Origin: an uncultured Clostridia bacterium
GTDB lineage: Bacteria; Bacillota; Clostridia; TANB77; CAG-508
Direction of reading: 5' to 3'
Assembly: GCA_947628735.1 (NCBI GenBank)
Contig: CANRAY010000001.1
Coordinates: 10,391-74,390 of the forward strand
DNA length: 64,000 nucleotides
Part shown: piece after piece, positions 29,053 through 39,177 of the stretch
How the letters are laid out: each line of letters starts with the position of its first letter
Position numbering within the stretch: position 1 is the stretch's first letter
Position numbers and translations under genes: made by a program
The notes under the pieces: model-generated
The model's input: only the letters and a program-made list of their open reading frames with translations
What the model was told of the DNA's origin: nothing
Databases searched by the model: none

Positions 29053-31038
29053 TTAATCTGTTATTTCACTAAAATACTCATTAATTCTATTCATTAATTC
29101 TTGTTTTACTTCATCAATTTCCATTCCTTCTACTTGAGCACCGGCCAAAGTAATATGACCTCCGCCTCCTAATTTTTCAAGGATGACTTGAACATTAATA
29201 TCACCAATAGATCTTCCACTAATACAAATCTTATTACCTAATTTTCCAATAACAAAAGAAGCCGTAATATTACTAATTGTAAGAAGTTCATCTGCCGCTT
29301 TTGCACATATAACATTTGCATCTTTATCTTCTTCTTCATAAATAGAAATAGCAATAGAATCATATACAACTTCTGCATTAGCAACAATAGCAGAGATTTT
29401 ATTATATGTGTCTAAATCACTTTGAAACCATTTTTTTACCTTAATAATATCAACTCCACATTTTCTCAAATATGCTGCTGCTTCAAAAGTTCTAACACCA
29501 GTTTTGAAAGTAAATGCCTTTGTATCCATCATAATTCCTGCATATAAAGCTTCAGCTTCTATCTCTGATAAATTAATTTCTTTTGAAGCATATTCTAATA
29601 TTTCAGTTACCAATTCGGCAGCTGAAGATGCATATACTTCTTGGAATGTTAATGTTGCATTTTCAATATAATCTGTACTTCTTCTATGATGATCTATAAT
29701 AACGATTTTTTCAGTTTTATCCAACAATTCTGGTGCTTCTACATAAGTACTTTTATGTGTATCTACAATAATTAATAACGTATCTGAAGTTATTTTTTCT
29801 AATGCTTCTTCTTTATTAATCATAACATTCTCGTATTCTGGTACTTCTGAAAGTGCTTCCATAAAAGCTTGTAAACTAAGGCCATAATCATTATTTACGA
29901 TATATGCCTCTTTTTCAAAAGTTCTAGCAAGACAATAAATACCAATACCAGATCCAATACAATCAATATCTGAATTATTATGTCCCATTATAATAACATT
30001 ACTAACCTCTTTAATAAGTTCCTCTAAAGCATGAGATACCATTCTAGCCTTTACTTTAGTTCTCTTTTCTACTTCTTGAGTTCTACCACCAAAGAAATGA
30101 TATTTTTCATCTTCTCTAACAACAGCTTGATCTCCACCACGTCCTAAAACAATATCTAATGCTGCTTGTGTTGATTTATATTTTTGGGCATCATTTTCCC
30201 CTTCGTTTGACATAGCAATACTTAATGTAAATTGCATTTTTTCATGAGATTGTATTTCTTTAATAGAATCTAATATATCAAATTTCTTTTCTTCAATTTC
30301 TTTTAATTTCTTCTTTTCTAAAAGACATACAAAAGTATCTCTTTCTAATTTCAAAGCTAAGCCATCATATTCTGAAATCCAATCATAAATTGCTTTCTCA
30401 ACTTTTGCAATCAATTGAGTTTTTTCATCATCTGGTATTCTTTGTGCATTTTCTTCATAATTATCTATCATAATAAGACCAAGATAAGAATCTTTATCAT
30501 CAAATTCTTCTTCTAACTTTTTAGTCTTTGTAATATCAAGAAAATGAACAGCAATAATCTTCTCGTCTTTTAAAGACATATATGTTCCATAAATACGATA
30601 TGCCTTTTTATCAATAACAATTTCATCAATAATACGATCTTGCTTACTATTATTTAATTGTGTTTTTACATTCTTAACAATTTCATTAACATAATTGTTA
30701 ATATCTACATTAGCAAATTCTTCAATGAATTTTGTATTTTTAAATACAACTGTTTCATCATTTTCTGCAATAATAAGCGGAATTGGTGAATTTACTAAAG
30801 CTGTTTTTGCAATTTTTTCTACACTAAATGTTAAATTTTTAATATGTTCATTAAGCTCAGCCTGTCCCTTGCTATTACTCCAATATGCATATCCAATTAT
30901 CAAACTATACACAATAATAGATGGAATACTAAGAATTGGATATGATACAGATAAAGCAATTAAAAGTATTGCAATAACAACTAAATATATTTTTGTTTTA
31001 GAAAGTATTTTTTCTAATATTTTCTTGTTGTGATTCAT
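29053..31038 (-). CDS. gdpP: GdpP/YybT-like DHH/DHHA1 phosphodiesterase (putative c-di-AMP phosphodiesterase)
   Basis: It has two N-terminal TM segments, a PAS-like and degenerate GGDEF region, the DHH motifs (NSDIDCIGS, IVDTH, IIDHHRR) and the DHHA1 GGGH motif. It keeps the classic gdpP-rplI-dnaB order. The start at MNHNKK (31038) follows AAGGAG. Confidence 0.88.
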   Translation of the reverse strand: MNHNKKILEKILSKTKIYLVVIAILLIALSVSYPILSIPSIIVYSLIIGYAYWSNSKGQAELNEHIKNLTFSVEKIAKTALVNSPIPLIIAENDETVVFKNTKFIEEFANVDINNYVNEIVKNVKTQLNNSKQDRIIDEIVIDKKAYRIYGTYMSLKDEKIIAVHFLDITKTKKLEEEFDDKDSYLGLIMIDNYEENAQRIPDDEKTQLIAKVEKAIYDWISEYDGLALKLERDTFVCLLEKKKLKEIEEKKFDILDSIKEIQSHEKMQFTLSIAMSNEGENDAQKYKSTQAALDIVLGRGGDQAVVREDEKYHFFGGRTQEVEKRTKVKARMVSHALEELIKEVSNVIIMGHNNSDIDCIGSGIGIYCLARTFEKEAYIVNNDYGLSLQAFMEALSEVPEYENVMINKEEALEKITSDTLLIIVDTHKSTYVEAPELLDKTEKIVIIDHHRRSTDYIENATLTFQEVYASSAAELVTEILEYASKEINLSEIEAEALYAGIMMDTKAFTFKTGVRTFEAAAYLRKCGVDIIKVKKWFQSDLDTYNKISAIVANAEVVYDSIAISIYEEEDKDANVICAKAADELLTISNITASFVIGKLGNKICISGRSIGDINVQVILEKLGGGGHITLAGAQVEGMEIDEVKQELMNRINEYFSEITD

Positions 31039-31063
31039 AAATAACTCCTTTTTCACAACTTAT

Positions 31064-31092
31064 ATTTTACTATTTTTACATATTGTTGTCAA
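31064..31092 (-). promoter_or_regulatory. Promoter of the gdpP-rplI-dnaB operon
   Basis: The minus strand reads TTGACA-N17-TAAAAT, just downstream of the rpoC terminator. Confidence 0.5.
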
Positions 31093-31130
31093 GTTGACGT
31101 AAAGTTATGAGTCGGATTTTAAGTAGAATA

Positions 31131-31158
31131 CAAAAAGGACTGAATAATCAGTCCTTTT
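31131..31158 (-). terminator. Terminator of rpoC
   Basis: The minus strand reads AAAGGACTGA-TTAT-TCAGTCCTTT followed by TTGTATT. Confidence 0.7.
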
Positions 31159-31161
31159 ATT

Positions 31162-34100
31162 TTAATCTACCACAGCATCTTCAACAGATGTTTCTTCTGC
31201 AGTAGCTTCACCATCTTCTTCATTTTCTGCTTTAGGTTCTTTTTCTGTATTAATATGAACATTTTTATATGCATTTAAACCTGTTCCAGCAGGAATTAAT
31301 TTACCTATAATAACGTTTTCTTTTAATCCTATTAATTCATCAACTTTACCTTTAACAGCAGCTTCTGTAAGAACTCTTGTTGTCTCTTGGAATGATGCTG
31401 CTGACAAGAAGCTTTCTGTTGCAAGAGATGCTTTTGTAATTCCTAGTAATACTTGTTTATATGTTGCTGGTCTCTTTCCTTCAGCAATTACTTTTTCATT
31501 TTCATCTTGAACTTCATAAATATCTACTAATGAACCTGCAAATAATGGTGTATCTCCATTATCTTCAACTCTTACTTTCTTAAGCATTTGTCTACCAATT
31601 ACTTCAATATGTTTATCGTTGATATCAACACCTTGATTTCTATATACTTTTTGTACTTCTTGTACAAGATATTGATATACGCCTTGAGCTCCTTTAATTG
31701 CTAAGATTTCAGCTGGGTTCATAGATCCTTCTGTAATTGGATCTCCTGCTTTTACTTCATCGCCATCTCTAACACGAAGTTTTGAACCAAATGGTATAAC
31801 ATATGTTTTAGCATTATCTTTACCTGTAATAACAACTTCTTTCTTGCCTTTTTCTTCAGCAACCTTGACTACACCATCAATTTCAGTCATAATAGCTAAT
31901 CCCTTTGGTTTTCTAGCTTCAAATAACTCTTCAACTCTAGGAAGACCTTGTGTAATATCAGCAACACCAGCAACACCACCTGAGTGAATAGTTCTCATTG
32001 TAAGCTGTGTACCAGGTTCACCAATTGATTGTGCTGCAATAATACCAACAGATTCACCAATATTAACTTCTTCACGTGTAGCCAATCCCATACCATAACA
32101 TTTACTACATACACCATGTTTTGTATGGCATCCTAATACAGAACGTACATTTACACTTGTGATTCCTGCATTAATAATTTTATCTGCTATACTATCTGTA
32201 ATAAGTGTATTAGTATCAACAATAACTTCTTTTGTCTTTGGATCTATAATATCTTCTAATGGATATCTACCTACTAATCTCTCAGACATTTTTTCAACAA
32301 TTTGGCTACCATCTTTAATGTCTGATACTTCAATTCCTTCATGTGTTCCACAATCATGTTCTCTAACAATAATATCTTGTGATACATCTACTAATCTTCT
32401 TGTTAAATATCCAGAGTCTGCTGTTCTTAAAGCTGTATCTGCTAATCCCTTTCTAGCACCATGAGCTGAAATAAAGTATTCTAGAGCATCTAGACCCTCT
32501 CTAAATGATGAAGTAATAGGGATCTCTACTGTTTTACCAGTTGTACTTGCCATAAGTCCACGCATACCAGCTATTTGTCTTAACTGATTGATATTTCCTC
32601 TGGCTCCTGATTCAGACATCATGTAAACTGGATTTAATCTATCAAAATTATCTTTCATTGCGTCTGTAACTTTATCTGTTGCCTTTTCCCAAATCTTAAT
32701 AACTGAGTTATATCTTTCTTGATCAGTTATTAAACCACGTTTATATTGCTTTAATACACCATTAACTTCTTGATTTGCTTCTTCTAGAATTGCTTTCTTT
32801 GCAGGTGGTACTTTAACATCATCTACAGATACTGTCATACCAGCAATTGTAGAATATTTATATCCTGTTGCTTTAATATAATCTAGCAATTCAGCAGTTT
32901 TACTTAATCCATGAACATTGATACATTTTGCAATAATCTTTCCAAGGTTTTTCTTCATAACAGTAAAGTTCAATTCTGGATCAAACATTGTATCTGGATT
33001 TGTTCTATCTACAAATCCTAAATCCTGAGGAATTCCTTCGTTATAAATTAATCTACCTACTGTTGTCTCTACTTTTTTGCTCTTTATTTCTCCATCAATT
33101 TCTTTTTCCATTCTAACAAATATCTTTGCATGCATTCCTAATTCATGATTTACATAAGCAATAACAGCTTCGTCTGGTGAAGAAAAATAATTTCCTTCTC
33201 CTTTTTCTCCATCAACTTCCATTGTTAAATAGTAAGCACCTAAAATCATATCTTGTGTAGGAACTGTTACTGGTTTACCATCTTGTGGTTTTAATAAATT
33301 GTTTTCTGATAACATTAAATATCTTGCTTCAGCTTGTGCTTCTGGTGATAAAGGTAAGTGAATAGCCATTTGATCACCATCAAAGTCAGCATTGAAAGCT
33401 GTACAAACTAATGGATGAAGTTTAATAGCTCTACCCTCTACTAATACTGGTTCAAATGCTTGAATACCAAGTCTGTGTAGTGTAGGAGCACGGTTTAACA
33501 TAACTGGATGATCTTTAATAACATCCTCTAATATATCCCATACTTCTGGGCGTAATCTTTCTACCATTCTTTTTGCATTTTTAATATTATGAGCAATTCC
33601 TCTTCCTACTAATTCCTTCATAACAAATGGTTTAAACAATTCTACTGCCATTTCTTTTGGAACACCACATTGATAAATCTTAAGTTCTGGTCCTACAACG
33701 ATAACAGAACGTCCAGAATAATCAACACGTTTTCCAAGTAAGTTTTGACGGAATCTACCTTGTTTTCCTTTTAATAAATCTGATAATGATTTTAAAGGTC
33801 TGTTTCCAGCACCTGTAACTGGTCTTCCACGTCTTCCATTATCTATTAATGCATCTACTGATTCTTGTAACATTCTTTTTTCATTTCTTACAATAATCTC
33901 TGGAGCACCTAATTCTAATAATCTTTTTAATCTGTTATTTCTATTAATAACTCTTCTATATAAATCATTTAAATCAGATGTTGCAAATCTACCACCATCT
34001 AATTGAACCATAGGTCTTAAATCAGGTGGAATAACTGGAACTACATTCATAACCATCCACTCTGGTCTATTTCCAGATAATCTAAAAGATTCTACAGTAT

Positions 34101-34734
34101 CTAATCTTTTAACAATTTTTGCTTTTCTTTGTTCACTTGCTTTTTCAAGTTCTTTCTTTAAACTATTAGCTAATTTATCTAAATCAATTTCTTCTAGTAA
34201 AATACGTAATGCCTCTGCCCCCATTTTAGCTTTGAAAGAACCCTTTCCATATTTTTCTTCTGCTTCATGATATTCTTTTTCAGATAATACTTGACCTTTT
34301 GTTAGATCAGTAGTTCCTTTATCTATTACAATATATGCAGCAAAATAAATAACTTTTTCCAAACTTCTTGGAGAAATATCTAACATTAATCCTATTCTGC
34401 TTGGAATTCCTTTGAAATACCAAATATGCGCAACTGGTGCAGCAAGTTCAATATGTCCCATTCTTTCACGTCTTACTTTTGCCTTTGTTACCTCAACACC
34501 ACATCTATCACATACAATACCTTTATATCTTACCCTTTTATATTTACCACAATGACATTCCCAGTCTTTTGTTGGTCCAAATATTCTTTCACAGAATAAA
34601 CCATCTCTCTCTGGTTTCAATGTTCTGTAATTAATTGTCTCAGGTTTTTTTACTTCTCCCTTTGACCACTCTCTAATCTTTTCATCTGATGCTAATCCGA
34701 TTTTGATCTTATCAAAAACTTCTAATTCGTCCAC
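31162..34734 (-). CDS. rpoC: DNA-directed RNA polymerase beta-prime subunit
   Basis: 1190 aa. It has the zinc finger [20 protein letters not shown], the catalytic NADFDGDQM motif, a GTG start and the RBS GGGGGAGG. Confidence 0.98.
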   Translation of the reverse strand: MDELEVFDKIKIGLASDEKIREWSKGEVKKPETINYRTLKPERDGLFCERIFGPTKDWECHCGKYKRVRYKGIVCDRCGVEVTKAKVRRERMGHIELAAPVAHIWYFKGIPSRIGLMLDISPRSLEKVIYFAAYIVIDKGTTDLTKGQVLSEKEYHEAEEKYGKGSFKAKMGAEALRILLEEIDLDKLANSLKKELEKASEQRKAKIVKRLDTVESFRLSGNRPEWMVMNVVPVIPPDLRPMVQLDGGRFATSDLNDLYRRVINRNNRLKRLLELGAPEIIVRNEKRMLQESVDALIDNGRRGRPVTGAGNRPLKSLSDLLKGKQGRFRQNLLGKRVDYSGRSVIVVGPELKIYQCGVPKEMAVELFKPFVMKELVGRGIAHNIKNAKRMVERLRPEVWDILEDVIKDHPVMLNRAPTLHRLGIQAFEPVLVEGRAIKLHPLVCTAFNADFDGDQMAIHLPLSPEAQAEARYLMLSENNLLKPQDGKPVTVPTQDMILGAYYLTMEVDGEKGEGNYFSSPDEAVIAYVNHELGMHAKIFVRMEKEIDGEIKSKKVETTVGRLIYNEGIPQDLGFVDRTNPDTMFDPELNFTVMKKNLGKIIAKCINVHGLSKTAELLDYIKATGYKYSTIAGMTVSVDDVKVPPAKKAILEEANQEVNGVLKQYKRGLITDQERYNSVIKIWEKATDKVTDAMKDNFDRLNPVYMMSESGARGNINQLRQIAGMRGLMASTTGKTVEIPITSSFREGLDALEYFISAHGARKGLADTALRTADSGYLTRRLVDVSQDIIVREHDCGTHEGIEVSDIKDGSQIVEKMSERLVGRYPLEDIIDPKTKEVIVDTNTLITDSIADKIINAGITSVNVRSVLGCHTKHGVCSKCYGMGLATREEVNIGESVGIIAAQSIGEPGTQLTMRTIHSGGVAGVADITQGLPRVEELFEARKPKGLAIMTEIDGVVKVAEEKGKKEVVITGKDNAKTYVIPFGSKLRVRDGDEVKAGDPITEGSMNPAEILAIKGAQGVYQYLVQEVQKVYRNQGVDINDKHIEVIGRQMLKKVRVEDNGDTPLFAGSLVDIYEVQDENEKVIAEGKRPATYKQVLLGITKASLATESFLSAASFQETTRVLTEAAVKGKVDELIGLKENVIIGKLIPAGTGLNAYKNVHINTEKEPKAENEEDGEATAEETSVEDAVVD

Positions 34735-34885
34735 GATTGGTTAGCCTCCCCCGATTCATTTATTTTTACAACTTGTCTTTCAAGAATTTCAAAGCTATCC
34801 CCTGCTGAGCAATTCCCTACTGTCGCCTCTCCACTCTTTTCAAAACTATTCAATTAATTACTTTTATTTGATTAACAGTATCTGA

Positions 34886-35028
34886 GAATAAGAATCAATA
34901 AAATTTCAAAATGAGTTCGACCTAATGCATTTATTTATATAACACATTAAAATGTGTATCTATCTCCCAATTTTTTCTATCCAAAACGCCTTGGAGAACG
35001 GAATTTTTAAATTTTATTGTTCTTATTC
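34886..35028 (-). repeat. Long-range inverted repeat (20 bp with one bulge) enclosing 102 nt in the rpoB-rpoC spacer; candidate processing stem or structured RNA
   Basis: The minus-strand 5' arm is GAATAAGAACAATAAAATTT (35028-35009) and the 3' arm is AAATTTTATTGATTCTTATTC (34906-34886). Inner hairpins are TCCAA-GGCGTT-TTGGA and ACACATT-TT-AATGTGT. Confidence 0.6.
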
Positions 35029-35041
35029 ATATAATTGTAAA

Positions 35042-38000
35042 CTAATCATCTAACATATCTTGATCATTTAATAAATTATCTTCTGCTAAGTCTGTTAAAT
35101 CAAGGTCTGTTTCATCTATTTCTAATTCTTCGTCTGTAAAGTCTTCAAACAATTCTTCATTCATATCGTCATTTTCTTCTTCTGAATCTAAGTTTTCTTC
35201 TTCGTAGCCATCATTTAATTCTTGCTTGTCTAAGACTTCTTCCTCTAATTTCTTACTATCTAAATTAAAATCGATTCCATCATCAATGTTTTCTTTTAAT
35301 TCTAGTTCTTTATTATCATGTGATAGTAAACGAACATCTAAACCTAATGATTGAAGTTCTTTTATCAATACTTTGAATCCTTCTGGTACACCTGGTTCAG
35401 GAACATTCTCACCTTTTACAATTGCTTCATAAGTTTTAACACGTCCTACAGTATCATCTGATTTTACAGTTAACATTTCTTGTAATGTATATGCTGCACC
35501 ATAAGCCTCTAATGCCCAAACTTCCATCTCTCCAAAACGTTGTCCACCAAATTGAGCTTTACCTCCTAAAGGTTGTTGTGTAACAAGTGAATATGGTCCA
35601 GTTGAACGAGCATGGATCTTATCATCTACTAAGTGGTGTAATTTAAGCATATACATAACTCCTACTGTAACTGGATGATCAAATGCATCACCTGTTCTAC
35701 CATCATAAAGAGTAATTTTTCCATCTTCACGAAGTCCCGCTTTATTTAATAACTCTCTAATTTCTTCATCTGTTGCACCATCAAATACTGGAGTTGCAAC
35801 CTTCCATCCTAATGCTTTTGCTGCCATTCCTAAGTGAACCTCTAATACTTGACCTAAGTTCATACGAGAAGGAACACCAAGTGGATTTAATACTATATCT
35901 ACTGGAGTACCATCAGGCATAAATGGCATATCTTCTTCTGGTAATATTCTTGAAATAACACCTTTGTTACCATGACGTCCAGCCATTTTATCACCAACAG
36001 AGATTTTTCTCTTTTGAGCAATGTAACAACGGATTATTTGATTAACACCAGGTCCTAATTCATCTGAATTTTCTCTTGTAAATACTTTAATATCTACAAT
36101 TGTTCCACCTTCACCATGTGGTACACGAAGTGAAGTATCTCTAACTTCTCTTGCTTTTTCACCAAATATTGCTCTAAGTAATCTTTCTTCTGCTGTAAGT
36201 TCTGTTTCTCCTTTTGGAGTAACTTTACCTACTAAAATATCACCAGGTCTTACTTCTGCACCAATTCTAATAATTCCATTTTCATCTAGATCTTTTAAGC
36301 TATCATCACCAACGTTAGGAATATCTCTTGTAATTTCCTCTGGTCCTAATTTTGTATCTCTACATTCACAATCATATTCTTCAATATGAATTGATGTGTA
36401 AATATCTTCTTTTACTAATCTTTCATTGATTAAAATAGCATCCTCATAGTTATAACCTTCCCATGTTGTGAAAGCTATAAGAACATTTCTTCCTAACGCC
36501 ATTTCTCCATCTTTTGTAGCTGGTCCATCGGCGATAAGATCTCCTTCTTTAACCTTTTCTCCACGAACAACAACTGGTCTTTGATTAATACAAGTTCCAC
36601 CATTTGTTCTCTTGAATTTTCTTAATTTATAAACATCTAATTCATCTTTCTTATTTCTAATAGTAATTTCATCACCAGTTACTTTCTCTACAACACCTGC
36701 ATTTTTTGCAACTACAGTTGTTCCAGAATCTTTGGCTGCTCTATACTCAATACCTGTTCCAACAATAGGTGCCTCTGGCATAAGTAATGGAACTGCTTGA
36801 CGTTGCATGTTAGAACCCATTAAAGAACGTTTTACGTCATCATGCTCTAAGAATGGAATCATTGCGGCTGCAACAGAAACTAATTGCTTTGGTGATACAT
36901 CAACAAAGTTTACTTGATCTCTATCTACAACTGTAATTTCTTCACGAATTCTAACTCTAATTCTATCATTAACAAATACACCATTTTCATCAAGTGGTTC
37001 TGAAGCTTGTGCAATAATATATTTATCTTCTTCATCAGCTGGCATATAAACTATTTCATCTGTTACTTTACCATTTACTACTTTTCTATATGGAGTTTCT
37101 ACAAATCCATACTCATTAATAATTGCAAATGAAGAAAGTGCTGAAATAAGTCCTATGTTTGGTCCTTCTGGTGATTCTACTGGACATAATCTTCCATAGT
37201 GCGTATAGTGAATATCTCTAACCTCAAATCCTGCTCTTTCTCTTGAAAGTCCTCCAGGTCCTAATGCTGAAATTCTTCTTTTATGTGTAAGCTCTGAAAG
37301 TGGGTTTGTTTGATCCATAAACTGTGATAATTGTGAGCTTCCAAAGAATTCTCTAATTGATGATGTAATTGGTTTTGTATTAATTAATGTTTGTGGTGTG
37401 ATAACATCTAGATCTTGAATTGTCATTCTTTCACGAACAACCCTCTCTAATCTTGTTAAACCAATTCTAAATTGATTTTGAAGTAATTCACCAACGCAAC
37501 GAATACGTCTATTTCCTAAATGGTCAATGTCATCAATATTTCCTATTCCATGATCTAAATTTAATAAATAGCTAATAGATGCAATAATATCTTCTGTTGT
37601 AACATGCTTTGGAATTAATTCTTCTATTCTTTCTTTAATAACATCATGTAATTTCTTTTCTTCAGTAGTATCTACAATTGATTTTAATACTTCATAATTA
37701 ACATACTCATGAATATGTAGATCACTTAATTTAACATTTGGTAAATATTTGTGGATATTAACTGTTCCATTACCAATAATTCTAACTTTTTTGTCTTCTA
37801 CTTTAATATCAACAATATTGATTCCTGAATTCTGAATATTTTCTGCAACTTCCTCTGTAATTATTGAGTCTTTTTCTACAAAAACTTCTCCAGAACTTGG
37901 ATCTACGATATCTTCAAAAGCTACTTTTCCTGTAATTCTTGAAGCTAAACTTAATTTTTTGTTAAATTTATATCTACCAACTTTAGCTAAATCATATCTT

Positions 38001-38785
38001 CTTGGGTCGAAAAATAAACCATTGAATAAATTTCTAGCAGCATCTGCTGTTGGAAGTTCTCCTGGTCTTAATTTTTTATAAATTTCAATTAATGCTTCAT
38101 CTTGTGTCTTAATTGGATCTTTTTGTATTGTTGCACTAATTTTTGCTTCGTCCCCAAATAATTCTAATATTTGTTCATCTGTAACAACACCAATTGCTCT
38201 TAATAATGATGTTACAGGTATTTTCCTTGTTCTATCAACTCTTGCATAAAATATGTCATTAGCATCTGTTTCATATTCTATCCAAGCTCCTCTAATAGGC
38301 ATAACTGTAGAAGTATATATTTTCTTTCCTGTTTTATCATAATCAAATGCATAATAGCATCCTGGTGAACGTACTAATTGGCTAACGACAACTCTTTCTG
38401 CACCATTAATGATAAATGTTCCACTATCTGTCATAAGTGGAAAATCACCTAAATAAATCTCTTGTTCTTTTATTTCTCCTGTTTCTCTGTTAATTAATCT
38501 TACTCTAACATGTAGTCTTGTTGAATAAGTTGCATCTCTCTCTTTTGCTTCTTCTAGTGTATATTTTGTTTTGTCTTCCATATAGTAGTCTAAAAATTCA
38601 AGAACTAAATTTCCTGAATAATCGACAATTGGAGATATATCCCTTAATATTTCTCCTAGTCCTTCTTCTACGAACCAATCGTAAGAATCTTTTTGGACTT
38701 TAATCAAGTTTGGCATTTCGGTAGCATCACCGATTTTTGCAAAAGTCTTACGAGTACATTTCTCGTGCTTAATGTCTTTTACCAA
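35042..38785 (-). CDS. rpoB: DNA-directed RNA polymerase beta subunit with an extended acidic C-terminal tail
   Basis: It shows canonical RpoB blocks throughout ([45 protein letters not shown]). I prefer the TTG start at 38785, 7 nt after AGGGG; the track ORF starts at a GTG at 38794 that lacks an RBS. Confidence 0.95.
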   Translation of the reverse strand: MVKDIKHEKCTRKTFAKIGDATEMPNLIKVQKDSYDWFVEEGLGEILRDISPIVDYSGNLVLEFLDYYMEDKTKYTLEEAKERDATYSTRLHVRVRLINRETGEIKEQEIYLGDFPLMTDSGTFIINGAERVVVSQLVRSPGCYYAFDYDKTGKKIYTSTVMPIRGAWIEYETDANDIFYARVDRTRKIPVTSLLRAIGVVTDEQILELFGDEAKISATIQKDPIKTQDEALIEIYKKLRPGELPTADAARNLFNGLFFDPRRYDLAKVGRYKFNKKLSLASRITGKVAFEDIVDPSSGEVFVEKDSIITEEVAENIQNSGINIVDIKVEDKKVRIIGNGTVNIHKYLPNVKLSDLHIHEYVNYEVLKSIVDTTEEKKLHDVIKERIEELIPKHVTTEDIIASISYLLNLDHGIGNIDDIDHLGNRRIRCVGELLQNQFRIGLTRLERVVRERMTIQDLDVITPQTLINTKPITSSIREFFGSSQLSQFMDQTNPLSELTHKRRISALGPGGLSRERAGFEVRDIHYTHYGRLCPVESPEGPNIGLISALSSFAIINEYGFVETPYRKVVNGKVTDEIVYMPADEEDKYIIAQASEPLDENGVFVNDRIRVRIREEITVVDRDQVNFVDVSPKQLVSVAAAMIPFLEHDDVKRSLMGSNMQRQAVPLLMPEAPIVGTGIEYRAAKDSGTTVVAKNAGVVEKVTGDEITIRNKKDELDVYKLRKFKRTNGGTCINQRPVVVRGEKVKEGDLIADGPATKDGEMALGRNVLIAFTTWEGYNYEDAILINERLVKEDIYTSIHIEEYDCECRDTKLGPEEITRDIPNVGDDSLKDLDENGIIRIGAEVRPGDILVGKVTPKGETELTAEERLLRAIFGEKAREVRDTSLRVPHGEGGTIVDIKVFTRENSDELGPGVNQIIRCYIAQKRKISVGDKMAGRHGNKGVISRILPEEDMPFMPDGTPVDIVLNPLGVPSRMNLGQVLEVHLGMAAKALGWKVATPVFDGATDEEIRELLNKAGLREDGKITLYDGRTGDAFDHPVTVGVMYMLKLHHLVDDKIHARSTGPYSLVTQQPLGGKAQFGGQRFGEMEVWALEAYGAAYTLQEMLTVKSDDTVGRVKTYEAIVKGENVPEPGVPEGFKVLIKELQSLGLDVRLLSHDNKELELKENIDDGIDFNLDSKKLEEEVLDKQELNDGYEEENLDSEEENDDMNEELFEDFTDEELEIDETDLDLTDLAEDNLLNDQDMLDD

Positions 38786-38967
38786 AAGAATCACCCCTAA
38801 AAAATACTAAGCAGATTAAATATATATGATTTTATAAAAAAGTCCTTCTTATACATTATTTTGGTTTACCGAAATTTAGACTTCCTGCTCTTTAAAGCCT
38901 TATTTCCGTAGCCTTAATAATGCAAATTCCTCTTTTCTATAAATTTACATAACAAAAGTAAAAACAG

Positions 38968-39014
38968 CAATAAAAAGTTAGGTCGGTAAATTTCTCTTTT
39001 TTACCAACTTAACT
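38968..39014 (-). terminator. Strong intrinsic terminator or attenuator hairpin between P2 and rpoB
   Basis: The minus strand reads AGTTAAGTTGGTAAA-AAAGAGAAA-TTTACCGACCTAACT, a 15-bp stem with one mismatch and one G-U pair, followed by TTTTATTG. Confidence 0.7.
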
Positions 39015-39177
39015 TTTTACTTTTCTTTTTTATTACAAAATGTTAATAAAGTCTGTCACCTTATATTAACCATCCTTACTCCACTAAGATTTGCTAAGGG
39101 AAGAATGCGCATATCTTCCTTATATCCGTAAATCCCTATAATATGATAGTATATAATATTTTTGTAATACTTGTCAA

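Noticed and set aside
34942-34957. Palindrome ACACATTAAAATGTGT in the rpoB-rpoC spacer, considered as an NrdR-type box
   Set aside because: It matches the recalled NrdR consensus only partially. It is a single copy, whereas NrdR boxes come in phased pairs, and it is not next to nrd genes. It is more simply an inner hairpin of the larger structured spacer.
39056-39112. 18-codon mini-ORF (MRILPLANLSGVRMVNIR) in the P2-rpoB region, considered as a leader peptide
   Set aside because: The SD-like AAGGA is only about 4 nt from the ATG. There is no codon bias or conservation evidence, and the segment forms a hairpin that explains the sequence equally well.
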